DNA of 64,000 bases from Dicyema japonicum (taxonomy: Eukaryota; Animalia; Dicyemida), in contig RDEW01000011.1 of NCBI GenBank assembly GCA_011109175.1, forward strand, positions 114,712 through 178,711, read 5' to 3'. Made by a program: the position numbers and the translations under genes. Positions 49,050 to 61,552 of the stretch are shown here, in pieces; within the stretch, counting starts at the first letter, position 1; every line of letters starts with the position of its first letter. The notes below the pieces were generated by a model. The model did not search any database. It saw only the letters and a program-made list of their open reading frames with translations, and had not been told where the DNA came from.

Positions 49050-50450
49050 GCCATTTTCTTAAGTGTTGAGCTCTCATTCATTTCTATCTCTAGTGCAAGC
49101 TCGATAGCTGCTCTTGTCTTTTCTAGCTGCGATATTACCTGGTTTTTCTTAGATGAGTAGTACTAGGACTCACATCCGTAAACATACGACGGGACAATGG
49201 AGCTTTCAAATATGAAGAGAAAAACCTCTTTTCTAATTTCAACTTTCTCATCTTCAGAAGAGCTCAGAAGGACTTCTTCCATCTAAAAGCTACGTCTTCT
49301 ATAAAGTCAACTTTCCTTTTAATTAACAATCCAAGACAATGTAGGTTAGCGAAATCTTTCATGTTTTTCAAGGAGCAGCTCTGTCAAATAAATCTTAAAA
49401 GGACCAATATACGAAACACCATATAGATCTTTCATGTTGATTTTATTTGGCCAATTTAGTCTGACAATGTCCTCAACTGCGTTTGATGAAAGGATCTATT
49501 CCGAATTTTCAGCCTTGAACATCCCCCACGTATAAGGTTTAACGAAGGCGCCTCAGACGGAATGACATACTTGTTCGTCTGCTGTCAATCCAATTCTTTT
49601 TAACTTTATTAGCAGTGGCAAAGGCTTTTCTTGGAACGACATTTTCACTGTCTTAAAGCCTATTGGTCTTCCTCCGTGGTTCATCCTACCTTTTTTCATT
49701 CTTCTGATATCCACTACTTCCGTTTTGGAGGTATTCATCGTTAGGTACCATTTCTTAACTTCATTAAGAGTCACTTCCAATAGACGAAGAAGATAAGAGA
49801 TATCCCTTGATATGAGATCGACCTCGTCAGCATAGCTATTGCCTTTATAAAATTTTCGGTGGTCAGGTAGCGCCATCTCCAAATATATCACAAACAGCAA
49901 AAGAGAGAAGGGAGTGACAAACAGATGAAAACTATAGAAGTCCCCAAACGCAGCGCCATTTGTGGGGCAAATTATCTTTGTCGTGAATCTCCCAGTCTTG
50001 ATGCGATTCAATTTAACTGCCGAGAATTTCCTTAAAATATTAAAACAAGATTATGGGGGTAGATTTTCCACTGGGCAACTGCTTTGTTAGGTTTCAGGAT
50101 AGGTATCCGTAGTCAGATCCGAGGATAGGTATTCCTTCTGATAAACATAGAATTTAGAAGTCAATTATCAACTAGTATGTGGCTCCATGTTTCAGAAACT
50201 CAAGGTTGGTGGTGTCTGGTACAGGAGAAGGACCACTTTTAAGTTTGTCTATTTCCCTGGTAACATCCGCTAACATTACTGTAAAATGTCCAAGCGTAAA
50301 AATCGAGTGTCATCGTGACAAATATTCTAGTTCTGTATAGTGTTCACTTGTAGAGTGTTCATTATCAAAGTTCTTGACAATTTTCCCAACCCAAAATCTG
50401 AAGGTACTCGTCCCTCCTGTCACTCTTATTGATACTCCACGTTTATAGTC
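49050..50450 (-). mobile_element. RTE LINE RT relic
   Basis: FSLLLFVIYLE..SYADEVDL..MNTSKTEV, then LFIFESSIVPSYVYG-like RTE C-terminal sequence. Confidence 0.8.
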
Positions 50451-50479
50451 GTCGAAACTGGATATTGCTACAAATCTCT

Positions 50480-51310
50480 AAAAAATGAGCCTTTTTGTCT
50501 CATCACTTCTGTCGACACTGTAGCTTTTCCCGACCTCGATACGCTCGACTTATTGAATACAAAGCACTTGTTTACCAAAAGAATTGCGGTCACCTGGTCC
50601 ACGGCAGTCGCGCCTCTGATGATCAAAAAGAAGTGCAGGCAGCCATTGGAGCTTTAGCCGTTGGTTGGAAAAATAATGGAACCACAATCTCACTTCAGCT
50701 GCAACGAGGGAGGTTGGGAGAATCAATCTTGGTGCTATTCACCGCTTCGTTGAAAGGATGTGAATGGACCTTACCGTCTTTTCGTCCGGGACCTTTTCTT
50801 TGTGCATACCTATACGCTTTACCATATGCGTCTGCACGATTGGTGGTGGAGTTGTTCCGTCCAATTGGGTGTAGATGTTAGGAATGATTGTGCAACAGCT
50901 GTCTTGCGAGTGGATGCTTTATTATTTTGATGGTACCACTCATGGAACAGTGAACATTTCAAACGAGTTCAATAGCTTTAGACTAAACTGATTCCTGGAG
51001 GTATGTACATAGTATGCTCCAGAGATCTTAAATCTCGTAATCATGACGTAATAACTGAACTCGATCTTGTGTTCAAAGAAGAGGTCGTCCGCTCACAGAC
51101 TGGCGTTCAACAAGGAGACCCGTTTGGATCTCTCCTCTTAGCTATGGCGATCTAGGACGTCGAATGCAATATAAAACCTCTTTTAACTTGCAGTACTTGG
51201 ATGATGCTATAATCGGTGATTAGAGCGACATTGAGCTGAACGAAGTCACTATTGCCTTGCTCTTTCTACGTGAACTCGGTCTTACCGTGAATTTTATCAA
51301 AACCATCGTA
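50480..51310 (+). mobile_element. CRE-like RT relic
   Basis: GVQQGDPFGSLL and QYLDDA. Confidence 0.8.
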
Positions 51311-51318
51311 GTGATAAA

Positions 51319-51800
51319 CTAAGGGATACTCTTAAAGGAAAAGATTTTTGTTTCATGTCTCGAAAACTGAATTTGTTTGGTGCCCAGCCGACATCCTTGG
51401 AAAAAAGTCATCAATAAAATGAGAATTTCAATTGTGACTCGACTCAGGGACTTCTGGAAAAGGGGATGGTTTTCACAACCTCTGGGAGTTGCTATCGTCT
51501 GCAACACCTGGAATCTGATTTTTGCTAACATTTTTGTTTGAATAAAGCCAATGTAATCAAGAAAATTCAACAAAAACTTAAGAATTCTGTTTTAGAGATT
51601 CCAGCACATCTACAATGCTCAATTCAGATAAAAAACTAAAGTCAACGAAATCCATAGATGTTAATCTAGAACTCTCCACAAAATCCTTCTCAGATAAATT
51701 GAAACCCCCAAAATATGAACTGACACTATACCCACTGAGAAGAGCATTATATAGGATACCCGTCACTGACAGATCAGACTCCCCCTTGTTGGTCTATTAA
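51319..51800 (-). CDS. Possible host gene, unidentified
   Basis: Two adjacent ORFs (62 and 84 aa) joinable by a short GT-AG-like gap; no motif recognised. Confidence 0.3.
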
Positions 51801-51851
51801 AATCCATCAATAATGTCTAATATAAAAAACTTAATTTAAAACAGCAATAAT

Positions 51852-52724
51852 CTATTCTTTAGTAACATGATCCTTTGCATAACTCTTTTTCCGTGGTCTC
51901 ACTGACCTGTTGCGGGGAATAGGCGGTTTTCCATAGTCCCCTTGATCAATTTCCACGGGGGTATCGTCCAATGTGATTAACTTCACAACCTCTGAAAGCC
52001 TCATTCGAGGACCAAAACCACGTGTTTTAGATTCAGTCTGATTCTTACCTAAAGGCCTCGTGGTTTCAACGGATTTGGATCGTTCCTTTTTCTTCTTTCC
52101 ACGGCCACTGACCCTCTGCAAACTCCGAGTTCTTCGACTGGGACGACATCGGTATCATTTAAGGTCGAGTCATGTAGTTCAGTAATGTCATCGTCACTGA
52201 TTAACTTTGATGTTTTGATCTACTTTGATATGCCACCCTTACATTCTTACAATTGGAGATTTTTTTAATCATCTTACTACGGAGCACTATAAAGTCCTCC
52301 GGGGACTCAATCCGGTCGCAGTCGTCCTCCACAATCGACTTCTGGGGCTCCGAGTGGTCTTTGGGCCCAACCTTGGCCTTTTTCATGTGCTTTTCAGTGT
52401 CGGGAGACCTGAAGATCTTGTGATAAGATGGTTCGTAACACGTGTCAATCCGGCTGACGAAATCATTTCTAATTTGTGATATATCATACTACTGGCCAGT
52501 CTCGTGGCTCTTCTCTATAATGGCGAGCTGGTTCCTTATTATACTAATTGGCTGGATGACGTTATTCCTGTAATTCTACGATTTGCCTGGTTTTTACTTC
52601 CAAAATAATATTTTGTGAAGAAATCTTTTTTAGAAGATCGATTTTTTCGCGTTGGACTTCTTTGACAAGTTTTTGGTATTTGCGCACTCTCGTTTACAAA
52701 GGGAGAGTTCTGAAGCAAGCTCAT
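51852..52724 (-). CDS. Possible low-complexity Lys/Ser-rich protein, unidentified
   Basis: A chain of same-strand ORFs (61, 61 and 89 aa) with coding-like composition. Confidence 0.35.
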
Positions 52725-52984
52725 TGTTCTTTTTCTGCAGCGCTATTTCTCAGATATGCCTATTTATGAGGAGTTATGGTACTTTGGTTCAGTGATAAAT
52801 CATCGTCGTTATTACGGAACGGAAAATTACGGAGATGTGAAAATCTTCGCCTCATTATTATTGAATATTGTGAATTTAAATTAATTTTATTAATTTTTAA
52901 TTTAAATTAATTTTAAATATTTCTAAATATTTTATACCGAAAAGAAAACTAATGTTCTGAAATAAAACTACGTTCTGAAATGCC

Positions 52985-53280
52985 TCACAGGCTTATGGAA
53001 GATCGAAAAGCATTCTGTTTTGAGCACTGTATACAAACAATTCATTGAACCATGCATCTCTTATGCACGTGGTATATGGGGCCCACTCATCTCTTGAAGA
53101 TCGAGGATGGCCGAAAAAAGAGCCTCCAAAATCACGGAACGCTGGATTTCTGGAGAGCTCCAGCCACCAATGCCTTTTGAAGCCTTGATAAGAATGAACC
53201 ATGGAACGCGCCGTCGTGACTGCGAAGGTCCGGTCACTTAGTTTGTGTAACCGTGGTCTCTGGTGTTATTATTATTGAAA
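52985..53280 (+). mobile_element. GIT*-type LINE 3' end
   Basis: LWKIEKHSVLSTVYKQFIEPCISYA (as at 35600-35720); ends gtcacttagtttg..accgtggtctctggtgttattattatt. Confidence 0.7.
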
Positions 53281-53282
53281 AT

Positions 53283-53590
53283 GATCGGATCTGAAGGTCG
53301 TGGCTTCGAATCCTAAATTGGAGTTTTCAGCGAAGGTCAATTCTTGTCAAACAGATCCTACCTGTGAGGTGACGAGTCCTTCTGGCACAACATAGTTGTT
53401 GAAAGGGATCTTCCTGCCTTTCCTTAACAAAATCCAATGGTGAAGATTAGTTTATGAAAACTCTTCCGCCGAAGAATGAAGTGATGTCCGCGACGGTAGG
53501 GTGCATGATAAAATTTGATGAGGGCGGACTACTTTTCACCTCTCTTCTGAATCGGAAGCCTGTAATGGACTATTGGAGGATGGTCCCCGG
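53283..53590 (+). mobile_element. SINE family B head and body, 3' end lost
   Basis: ggatctgaaggtcgtggcttcgaatcc head and family-B body, abutting CRE RT sequence. Confidence 0.7.
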
Positions 53591-53599
53591 TAGTCTCCA

Positions 53600-54540
53600 C
53601 CGCAATATTAATGAAATTAACTTGTGGTACTTGGATGATGGTACAATAGCTGGCCCATGGGAGTTATTCCAGCCATGGTCGAATTGGGCCTGAGTGTCAA
53701 CAGAAGTCGGAACTGGGCAACATCTCATGTTCAACTCCATATTTCTCAGCTGCGCGCAACGCATTCTAAACCTTACTACCAGGGATCACTTCTATGGCCA
53801 GGGTACATTTTCTCGGATGTCCGTTCAGAGATGCAGAGTTGGAAAACCACATAGGAAAAGAAGTAGAAGTTTGTACGGAGAGAAGATCCTTTTTGGATTC
53901 ACATGTCCCTTTTAGTAATGCTAAAAAAATGCATGATTATGTCAAAGGTGATGTACTTCTTGAGTTCACCATATTTTGAGCACCGGAGCACACTACAAGC
54001 TGATAATACTTTGGACAATCATCGGAGTCGATATTAGACGTCATGTTCGATGAACTTGGATGAAGAATGTGCAAGCTGTCTGTGAGGACGGGGTATTTGG
54101 ATAAGGTTTCCCATGGAGGCTGCCCTACCTGCTTATCTCTCATCGCTCGCGAACAGTAGTCACTGGTACAAGGAATTCTACGTAACGCAACTGGACTTAC
54201 CTTGGGAGCAGAGTTCGACAGAGTTTGTATGTTGTGGGGGAGACGGGCATGGAATCTCCGATCGACATTGCTAGGCAGGGAAGCTGTGACTCTAATGCAA
54301 GTACAAGGACGCTGGAAACTGTGAAGGGAGGAACTAAGCAGCGGCTTGCATCATGTCGACTCCCGTCGTATAAATAAGGCCTGGCTTGAACCCCTACCAT
54401 GCTCGTCTCTTGGAACGCTCCTTGACGAAAATTGCCTAAGGATCGGAGTGGCACTGGACTCAGATTGGATGTATGTCAGCGACATAGCTGCCGTTGTGAA
54501 AGGACGTCGATACCAAAAGCCTACATCCTTTTGCTGATTT
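53600..54540 (+). mobile_element. CRE-like RT to post-RT relic
   Basis: NLWYLDDGTIAG, LGLSVNRS, WLEPLPCSSLGTLLDENCLRIGVAL. Confidence 0.8.
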
Positions 54541-54854
54541 ATGTTAAATTTGGTTAGCGTCCAATATTTTTTCAAATAAAATTAAACTATTCATGGCATT
54601 ATAATCTTAGAGGACAATTAGTCTTTAAACCCGCAGTAGCTAAAACTTCTGGAATCATATGACCTAAATCGCTATGCTTCCTACGTGTAATCGGATCTTT
54701 GATAGCAAAAAGTAGGAGGGACAACCGAAAAGATTGAGTGCATTTCTATTAAAATCGTAAGGGGAGTAAGCTCTCAATCATAAGTAATCGACGTATATTC
54801 ACCATAAGTGATTTTATTTATTTAAAAACAAAAATCACCGACAAAATAAAAGAG

Positions 54855-55400
54855 TGGGGACGTCAGGTGATCCCGGCCTCCTTAAGCAGCCGCCTCATCC
54901 TTTCTCAGTGTTCCTCCCGAGAGCCCACACATTTCCTGTATGGATGAATCACTTTCGGAAGTTTTGAAGTTTCAACTGGGCTCTTGTTCTCCTCACGAGT
55001 TCCTCGAATGGGGTTAGATAAAGTGGCAGAGGACCTTTGTAGGCCCTCGTTACTATTCTTGGAAGGAGTTTATTTTCTTTAGATTGGTGTAGGATAGGTT
55101 AGTACCCCATGCCGCACCGCAGTAGCCGATCGACGGCAGTATATTTTGGGAGTAGAGATGATTTAATGTTGAGTGGAAACATCTTTTGTATCCAAGTAGC
55201 GTTTTTATAAAGTTTAGTTTTCGCTGGAAGAAGAGATGAGAAGGCATATGTGACCATCAGTTTGATTAAGTTTTGAAGGGGATTGTTATCCCATTAAGAG
55301 TCAATAAAGGCGCCGAGTTTGTCAGTCTTCTATTGGAAGTAAAATCATAGAGATGGACTTTTCAGGAATTTTTTGTAGTAGGTTCCTCGTAGGCCAACAT
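54855..55400 (-). mobile_element. GIT* LINE 3' portion
   Basis: LYSQNILPSIGYCGAAWG...RMRRLLKEAGIT*. Confidence 0.75.
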
Positions 55401-55509
55401 TTCAGGCTGTCCAGTAACTCTTGTAAACGGGTACGCTCAAAACATAAGTGATAAAAGTGGTTATTAAGTTGAAATGTAATTAAAAAAACAACAATTAAAA
55501 ACTTTTAGT

Positions 55510-55700
55510 TAAGAGGCCAGGATTTCGAGGGCGTTCCCTCTGATCACGGACATTTCGAGCCTCTGCTTTAACCAAAGTCATTAGCGAGGCACGCATCTCT
55601 TCGAAGCAAGCCTTCTTTCAATACTGGAGAGAAAGGTATCCATTTTCTCTTCCATGACTTGGAAGTCTCCACCGCAATAGGAGTAAAATGGCAGTTATAT
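55510..55700 (-). mobile_element. CRE-like 3' end (other subfamily)
   Basis: HFTPIAVETS...LEMSVIRGNALEILA. Confidence 0.65.
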
Positions 55701-55921
55701 CCGAGTAGTTATTAAGTTAAGGTCCATGCCGTTTTCCGGAGTGAAATAACGGAACGGAATTTAAGAATATTCAAGCGTCCAATTTGTGTACCGAATACAA
55801 CATATGGCAAATTCACAGTAGAACGAACAATCCCCCAGCAAAGGAATCGTCGAAAGGTTCAACAAGAGGAACACTAGATCACTTTCAAAAGTTATGGGGG
55901 TGAAAAGTAAAACCGTTGGAT

Positions 55922-56400
55922 TAATTATTATTATTAAAAAGGACTCCCGAAAAAATATAAAATTAGTTAAGTTTTCCTTGTGCCGTATTCCTAATCATCC
56001 TCTCCGTAAGCTTCGACCATGATCCTCTGTTGCGCTAGTTTTCCTAGGTAGTCCAGGGCGTCCGCCATTTCCATTATAATGTCAGATGCTGCCCACAATC
56101 TTGTAACACAGTGATTCAGGTTTTGATGGACTGCAAATCCGAGACCATAATGTCGGCAGGCCGATAAGAGGGTAAAAATGGAATTTGCCAAACAGTTCTG
56201 TACATTGTCGTTTTTGTCTCTTTTAGACAGCAGACAGAGACGTCGCATTTTGTTAGATCACATGCCAGTTGGTGTTTTTGTAAGGTTGTTTAAGTCCTCT
56301 GCAATTAAAAGTTCCCAGAGTGAACGGAGAAGTCGGTAAGGAATACGAATAAGACAATGGAGTCGTCGTCACCACCTCAACCAAAACCGTTGGATAAAAA
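55922..56400 (-). mobile_element. RTE LINE, internally deleted (same family as 2520-3200)
   Basis: 5' ttggttgaggtggtgacgac..ccgttcactctgggaac.. matches 2530-2670 and the 3' terminus matches 3090-3200; no RT between them. Confidence 0.85.
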
Positions 56401-56874
56401 GATTTATTTGTACAAATATCTCATATATCCCATTTTTGGATGTTTGTTAATTTCAGAGGTATCGCATAAATTTAATGTTGTGCTAGAAAGTGTCTAAAGG
56501 AGAGAATTTTATCAGAAAATACGGAATCATGTAATAAAAGGTGTTTTCTAGTTATGTCAACTCAAGAATGGTCGATTCTAATTTAATATTGAGGGGGTGA
56601 ATTTAAAATCTCTGTATAAGAAAATGGAAAGTACAGAAATCCAAATATGAAATAGATCTCGGCGATATTGTATTCTGATTTAAATTAGTTTAGATTTGTA
56701 TTTAAACGAATCCTTCTTTTCGTTACATAAATTTGAACCCATGCCTCTTCAACCTTCCAGACGACTACAGCAGGCCATCTCTTGTCCAGTCCCCCGTTGA
56801 TTTCTCTAGGGTGTCTGCTTTTGGTTGTTATTTTTCTGTTACCCATCAGTTTCCTTAGAAATTAAAGACGGAAT

Positions 56875-57140
56875 ATTTATTTAGAACCTCGGATCACCGG
56901 GAAAAAAAGACAAAAAACTTCAAACATTTAAGTGATCCCAGTTCCCGTTATCAACTGCGCCATCCAACGTCTGTGCTCTTCCATCGTCCCCAGTCTTCTC
57001 TCATCCCTGCAGAGAAATTTGATTGGAAAAGTGAACTCTTGTACCAATTGGTTTTTTGCTATGGATATAGACAGACGAAGGGGGTGCATCTTCATCACTC
57101 ACGCGGAGGAATCCGGATTCGCTACTACGGGTCTAGATTC
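56875..57140 (-). mobile_element. I/Jockey-like LINE 3' end
   Basis: Ends QLITGTGIT*; 3'UTR and (TAAA)n tail as at 34083. Confidence 0.75.
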
Positions 57141-57641
57141 CGTTAGTTGGGGAGTGAGAAAGAATAGGACAATAAAATGGGGTGAAAATGATCTTATTGA
57201 TCATAGCAATGTCGAGGACGGTAAAAGACTGGCCCCAAGTTAGAAGAGGTCAAATAATAAATAACTTAAATGAAGTGTTAATGCTATTTTTGACGTTCAA
57301 TTGGGGTTCATCAAACATGGAACTAATCCCTGGGTTAAAAGAGGTTTAAAATTCATTTAATTTGGGGATCAAATGAGTTTGAAATAGCATTGCCATTCGT
57401 AGCACAGATTTTCATAGATGTCACCCCCGTTTAATATAGGTAATCAATACTTGTGGTTCAGCCATTAAAATCGATTATTCCAGATAAGATCCCCCTAACT
57501 CTTGTAAAGAACACTAGCTAACTCATCCGTCTTAATTTCAAAGGTGGACGAAATTATCCCTAATATGGGACAGTTACCACAGATCCTCACTTAAAAATAC
57601 AGAAAATAATGAATATATTAATTTATGAAATAAAAATATCA

Positions 57642-59227
57642 TTATCTAGGAAGAATTGCAAACACAAAATCTCCACAGCCGATCTAAAATACAGCAAACT
57701 GATACCTTTATGGAAGAACCATGCAGAAGGACAGCTGACTCCTCGTTGCCCTCCTCAGAGAGGTCAGAATCATCAGACGGGCTGCACTCGCATATACTGA
57801 GGGGTTTCTACATCCACAAAACAGCTCACCTTGGAAGAATTCGTGTAGACGACTTGGTCGACGACTGTCCCGTACTTGCTGTAATTCAACAGCTCATATG
57901 TCTCCGAGTCGAAGTCGTAGAATATGTAAGCGTGGAGTGGGGACATCCTCTTGCACATAGGACACAATCTATCTAATCTGACGTTACAGTCATCGTCTAA
58001 TGGTCATATGGAAGGTAACTTGTGCCAATTGAGATAACTGATTCGATCGGAAAAAAGCGGTTAAGTATGGTTGGAGTAGAAAAGTGCATCAAATATGCAC
58101 GTGCTTGCTTGGAGATCACTTTAATAAGGTACTTATCTCACCATTTTCATCCCCACCAAATTGCCGTAATGGTTAACAACAATATCGCCATTTATCAGCT
58201 TTTCGTGGCATATTCTTGCCATTTTTTCAACGAGAGGGTCCATCTGCTTGCAAGGACTATCCTCCTTTTGTCCACCAATACTAGCAGAGATCTGCCGCTT
58301 CCTCTCGTCATACAAAGACTTCACCGCATGTGTTAACTACAATAAATTCACATGAACAACTTTGATGTTAGGAACATCCTGGGGTTTGGGATCGGGGTTA
58401 GTTCGGATGCAAATAAACTTACTGCCCACCTGTTCTTCGTCGATCGGGCCATTGGCGAGTTTTTTTATCATGGCTGTCCTTTTAGTTAGACTCTTGGTTG
58501 GATAGGCTTCATTCTGGGAGTCAAAGAAAATATATAACCAAGACATGGTCCACGTGGAGAGGACACATCCACTTCTCGTTCCTTTTAATGTACATTCCCG
58601 CTCCCTCCAGGCAGTCCATGTGGAAAGCCAGACTGCAAAAGTCGCATATAATTATAGGCCCGATGGAGCAGTTCCTGACATAACAACAAACCTCACCTAG
58701 AGCCATAGTGAACGTGATTAAAGGTTCTGGGACAATGTTGGAGTTGCAGGCAGTCTTCGGAGTCTCTTCGGAACCCATAAACTGCGTAATGTACTCCTGT
58801 GGGCAGTTGAAGGTTGAGATTGCGGAATTCTGGATCTTCCAACTCAGAACCTAAAATATCACAATGAGAGAACCTTGCACAGGTCCATCAAGGTCATGTT
58901 CTCTTTGACGTTCTTAGGGAAGTGTTCCATAAGCTTTTCCCTCGAGGACAGCACTTTGTTCAAATTGAAGGTATTATACGATCTCTTTTGTGGAGCCTAA
59001 TAATAAGAGGGTACAAGACCTCAGTGGTCGCAGCACCCTGACAGTCAGTACAAATCCAGTTTTTATGACTGGCAGAGGGTTTCATGTTCCTCCTAAAATC
59101 ACCAAACGTGGTACCTGCAGGTTGAATGACAACATTTCCCGCATTGGGTGCACTCAATTACGTATCCCCCATTGTTGCAGTAGCAGCACAGCTTCTCCCC
59201 GTTTGCTTCAAGCCTTGCTTTCCTCAT
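57642..59227 (-). CDS. PHF12: PHD finger protein 12 (two PHD fingers and FHA)
   Basis: CCYCNNGGYVIECTQC..H..C, IICDFCSLAFHMDCL..KWMCPLHVDH, HAYIFYD..YELLNYSKYGTVVDQV, LLHGSSIK|IGCGDFVF; short introns. Confidence 0.88.
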
Positions 59228-59609
59228 TGATCTCGTCTCTGAAAGTAAATTAGTGGAAAAAATTAATAATATTTGTCACCCTTACATTAAGTTTGATTTA
59301 CTTTATTTTATTTAATATTAATTTAATAATTTAAATCATTATTAAATAGTTATTTATAATTAATACAAATACCCATCTTTACTCAAAAAAATTTTTTTTG
59401 CGCGCCTCTTCTTTTATATTTTACGGAGAGTCTCAAATACGATTTTACTGGTAGTTGCGTCTATATTTTAATTGAACTTGCTACTTTTTGGTGACGAAAT
59501 TTTATAAAAATAATTACTTTAATTGATTTTGGCTTTAGTTGAATAAAATTAATCATTTATAGACTATTTTTTTAATAAATTTTTCGTTTGTTCCGCTCGC
59601 CGGAGACGT

Positions 59610-59750
59610 CTGGTTCTCTTGCTCCTGCGACGTTGGAATTCTTGAGTCGTCTAGGGAATTAGATTTCTAAACGATCAGGAGATCCCCGTGATCGCTGCTT
59701 GTTATTTGAGCAAATCTCTTCGCCATCCTGAGAGGAAATATTCACAGTCA
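59610..59750 (+). mobile_element. CRE-like 3' end
   Basis: ETSGSLAPATLEFLSRLGN*ISKRSGDPRDRC. Confidence 0.75.
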
Positions 59751-59859
59751 GTTTTTCTAAAAAACTGTTTTTCTTATAAATTTCTTAGACCACGTGATCT
59801 CACTGAAAGTAATTCTTTTCCTCTTTTAATACTGCACTTTACGAAGATCCATATTATCT

Positions 59860-60020
59860 ATAGCTTCTCCCAGGCAGGATACATTCTTTATTTTAAGTAA
59901 AGAACAGTTATCTAACAAATTGATGAGGTGGAACCAAGGAGTGCTCTTTACTTCTTTTTTTATTTTTGTTGGGTGATTCTTTTTGTAGACGATCCGGTTC
60001 CGCACTGAGGGCGTCATCTT
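59860..60020 (-). mobile_element. SINE family A, 5'-truncated
   Basis: ccaggcaggatacattctttattttaagtaaagaacag..aaccaaggagtgc..gacgatccggttccgca. Confidence 0.75.
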
Positions 60021-60619
60021 CATTTTTCTTTTATAATCTATTTTCGATGAAATTGGTTATTTGCTAGGAATGTAGTGATTGATATTTGGTGGTTCCTTCT
60101 TTCATAGAAAACCCCCTCTTTGTTCTGTCTGTTTCTGTATTTCTGTGACTTACGAGCTTAATGAAACATATTCCACAGGCCTTCCTATTGAAATGGAAAT
60201 TGAAAATACAAATGGAGTGGAACGTCTGGCTCAAGAACTGCATGATGTCCAGGAGATTTCATCGTATTCAACTAGTATCACAATAAAATTTCCATTTTAC
60301 GAAATTTTAGAAATAAACTTCCAAATTTTGAGAATTCAGTTTCTTTTTCGAGTCAATCGTTTTCCTACAAAAAAGATTTAAATGTTGAATAAAAAACTAA
60401 TTTTTGAATGAATACTGCAATTAAGGAATATTTGAAATCCTCTCCACCGAAGAATTCAAATGATACTGGAGATAGTTATTAGTGCAGGCGATCAAAATAT
60501 ATCAAATTGACCTGAAGCGAGGAGTAATTTTACTGGAAAAAATTACCATATTAAAAGAAAATCTTTCTTTGATTAATAATTTTTCTATTTTGATTCCGAA
60601 AAGTAGAGAAAAAAAACTT

Positions 60620-60800
60620 TAAAAATTCCCAAGACTACCGTTAAACCGAAAAACAAACTAAGTGATCCCGACGAATTTGATCAAGGCTAAATGGTCCTTC
60701 CTTGTTTCTACACAAACTCATTGGGATCGGGTGGTTTCCTGGTCGAAAGGTGAAAGTGTATCCTTCATTTACTTGAACAATGAGACAAACTGAAGATTTG
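60620..60800 (-). mobile_element. GIT* LINE 3' end
   Basis: LALIKFVGIT* plus 3'UTR ..ggtagtcttggg. Confidence 0.6.
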
Positions 60801-61194
60801 GAGGATATCGTGACACGTGATTGAATATAGCATTTCTAAACGGTGTTAATTTTCTTATTTTAAGATTTTTTGCCAATAAAAGAGGTCTAATTTCTATTTC
60901 TTCCGGTTTGATTCATTTCCTCTTGAAATTACTTTAATTTTTGAAGAACAACACGTGACGATTAATATGAAGATAAGACTAAGATGAGTGAGATCGCAAA
61001 AATTCTTGACTCTTTATGAGGACCGTACCTGGAAATTTCATTTCTTAGCCCAAAAATTAAATTACTTTTAAAACTCAAAAGTTCACAATTCCAGACACGT
61101 GCCAATGCTCCATACTCAAGGTAACTCAGTGTATCTACGCCAATTTTAGTTTGGATAGAGAAATGTCCAGTCTAGACCGGAAATCCTATTATAA

Positions 61195-61430
61195 TATTTA
61201 TTATTAACCTCGGGCTTACAATCTTTGGTACCCCAGCACAAACAGAGACACAACTAATTAATCCAACTCAAAAGAAATCATCTGTTCGTGTCGACCAAAT
61301 TCATCCTCCGATAGTCCATTACAGGCTTCCGCTTCCGAAGAGAAATGGAGAAGTAGGTTCGTCCTCTTCTATTTTCATCACACATCCTACCGTCGCGGAC
61401 ATCACTTCATTCTTCGACGGAAGAGTTTTC
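61195..61430 (-). mobile_element. SINE family B, 5'-truncated
   Basis: Reverse complement of the 48115-48370 body and tail. Confidence 0.75.
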
Positions 61431-61552
61431 ATAAAGTAATCTTCACCAGAGAAAATATGTTAAATTCAAAAAAGGCTTATTGTCATTAGCTGACAGCCTC
61501 GATTCTTGAGTGTGTAGTATGTCAATCTTAGAGGACCCCCAATGGAAGAGAG

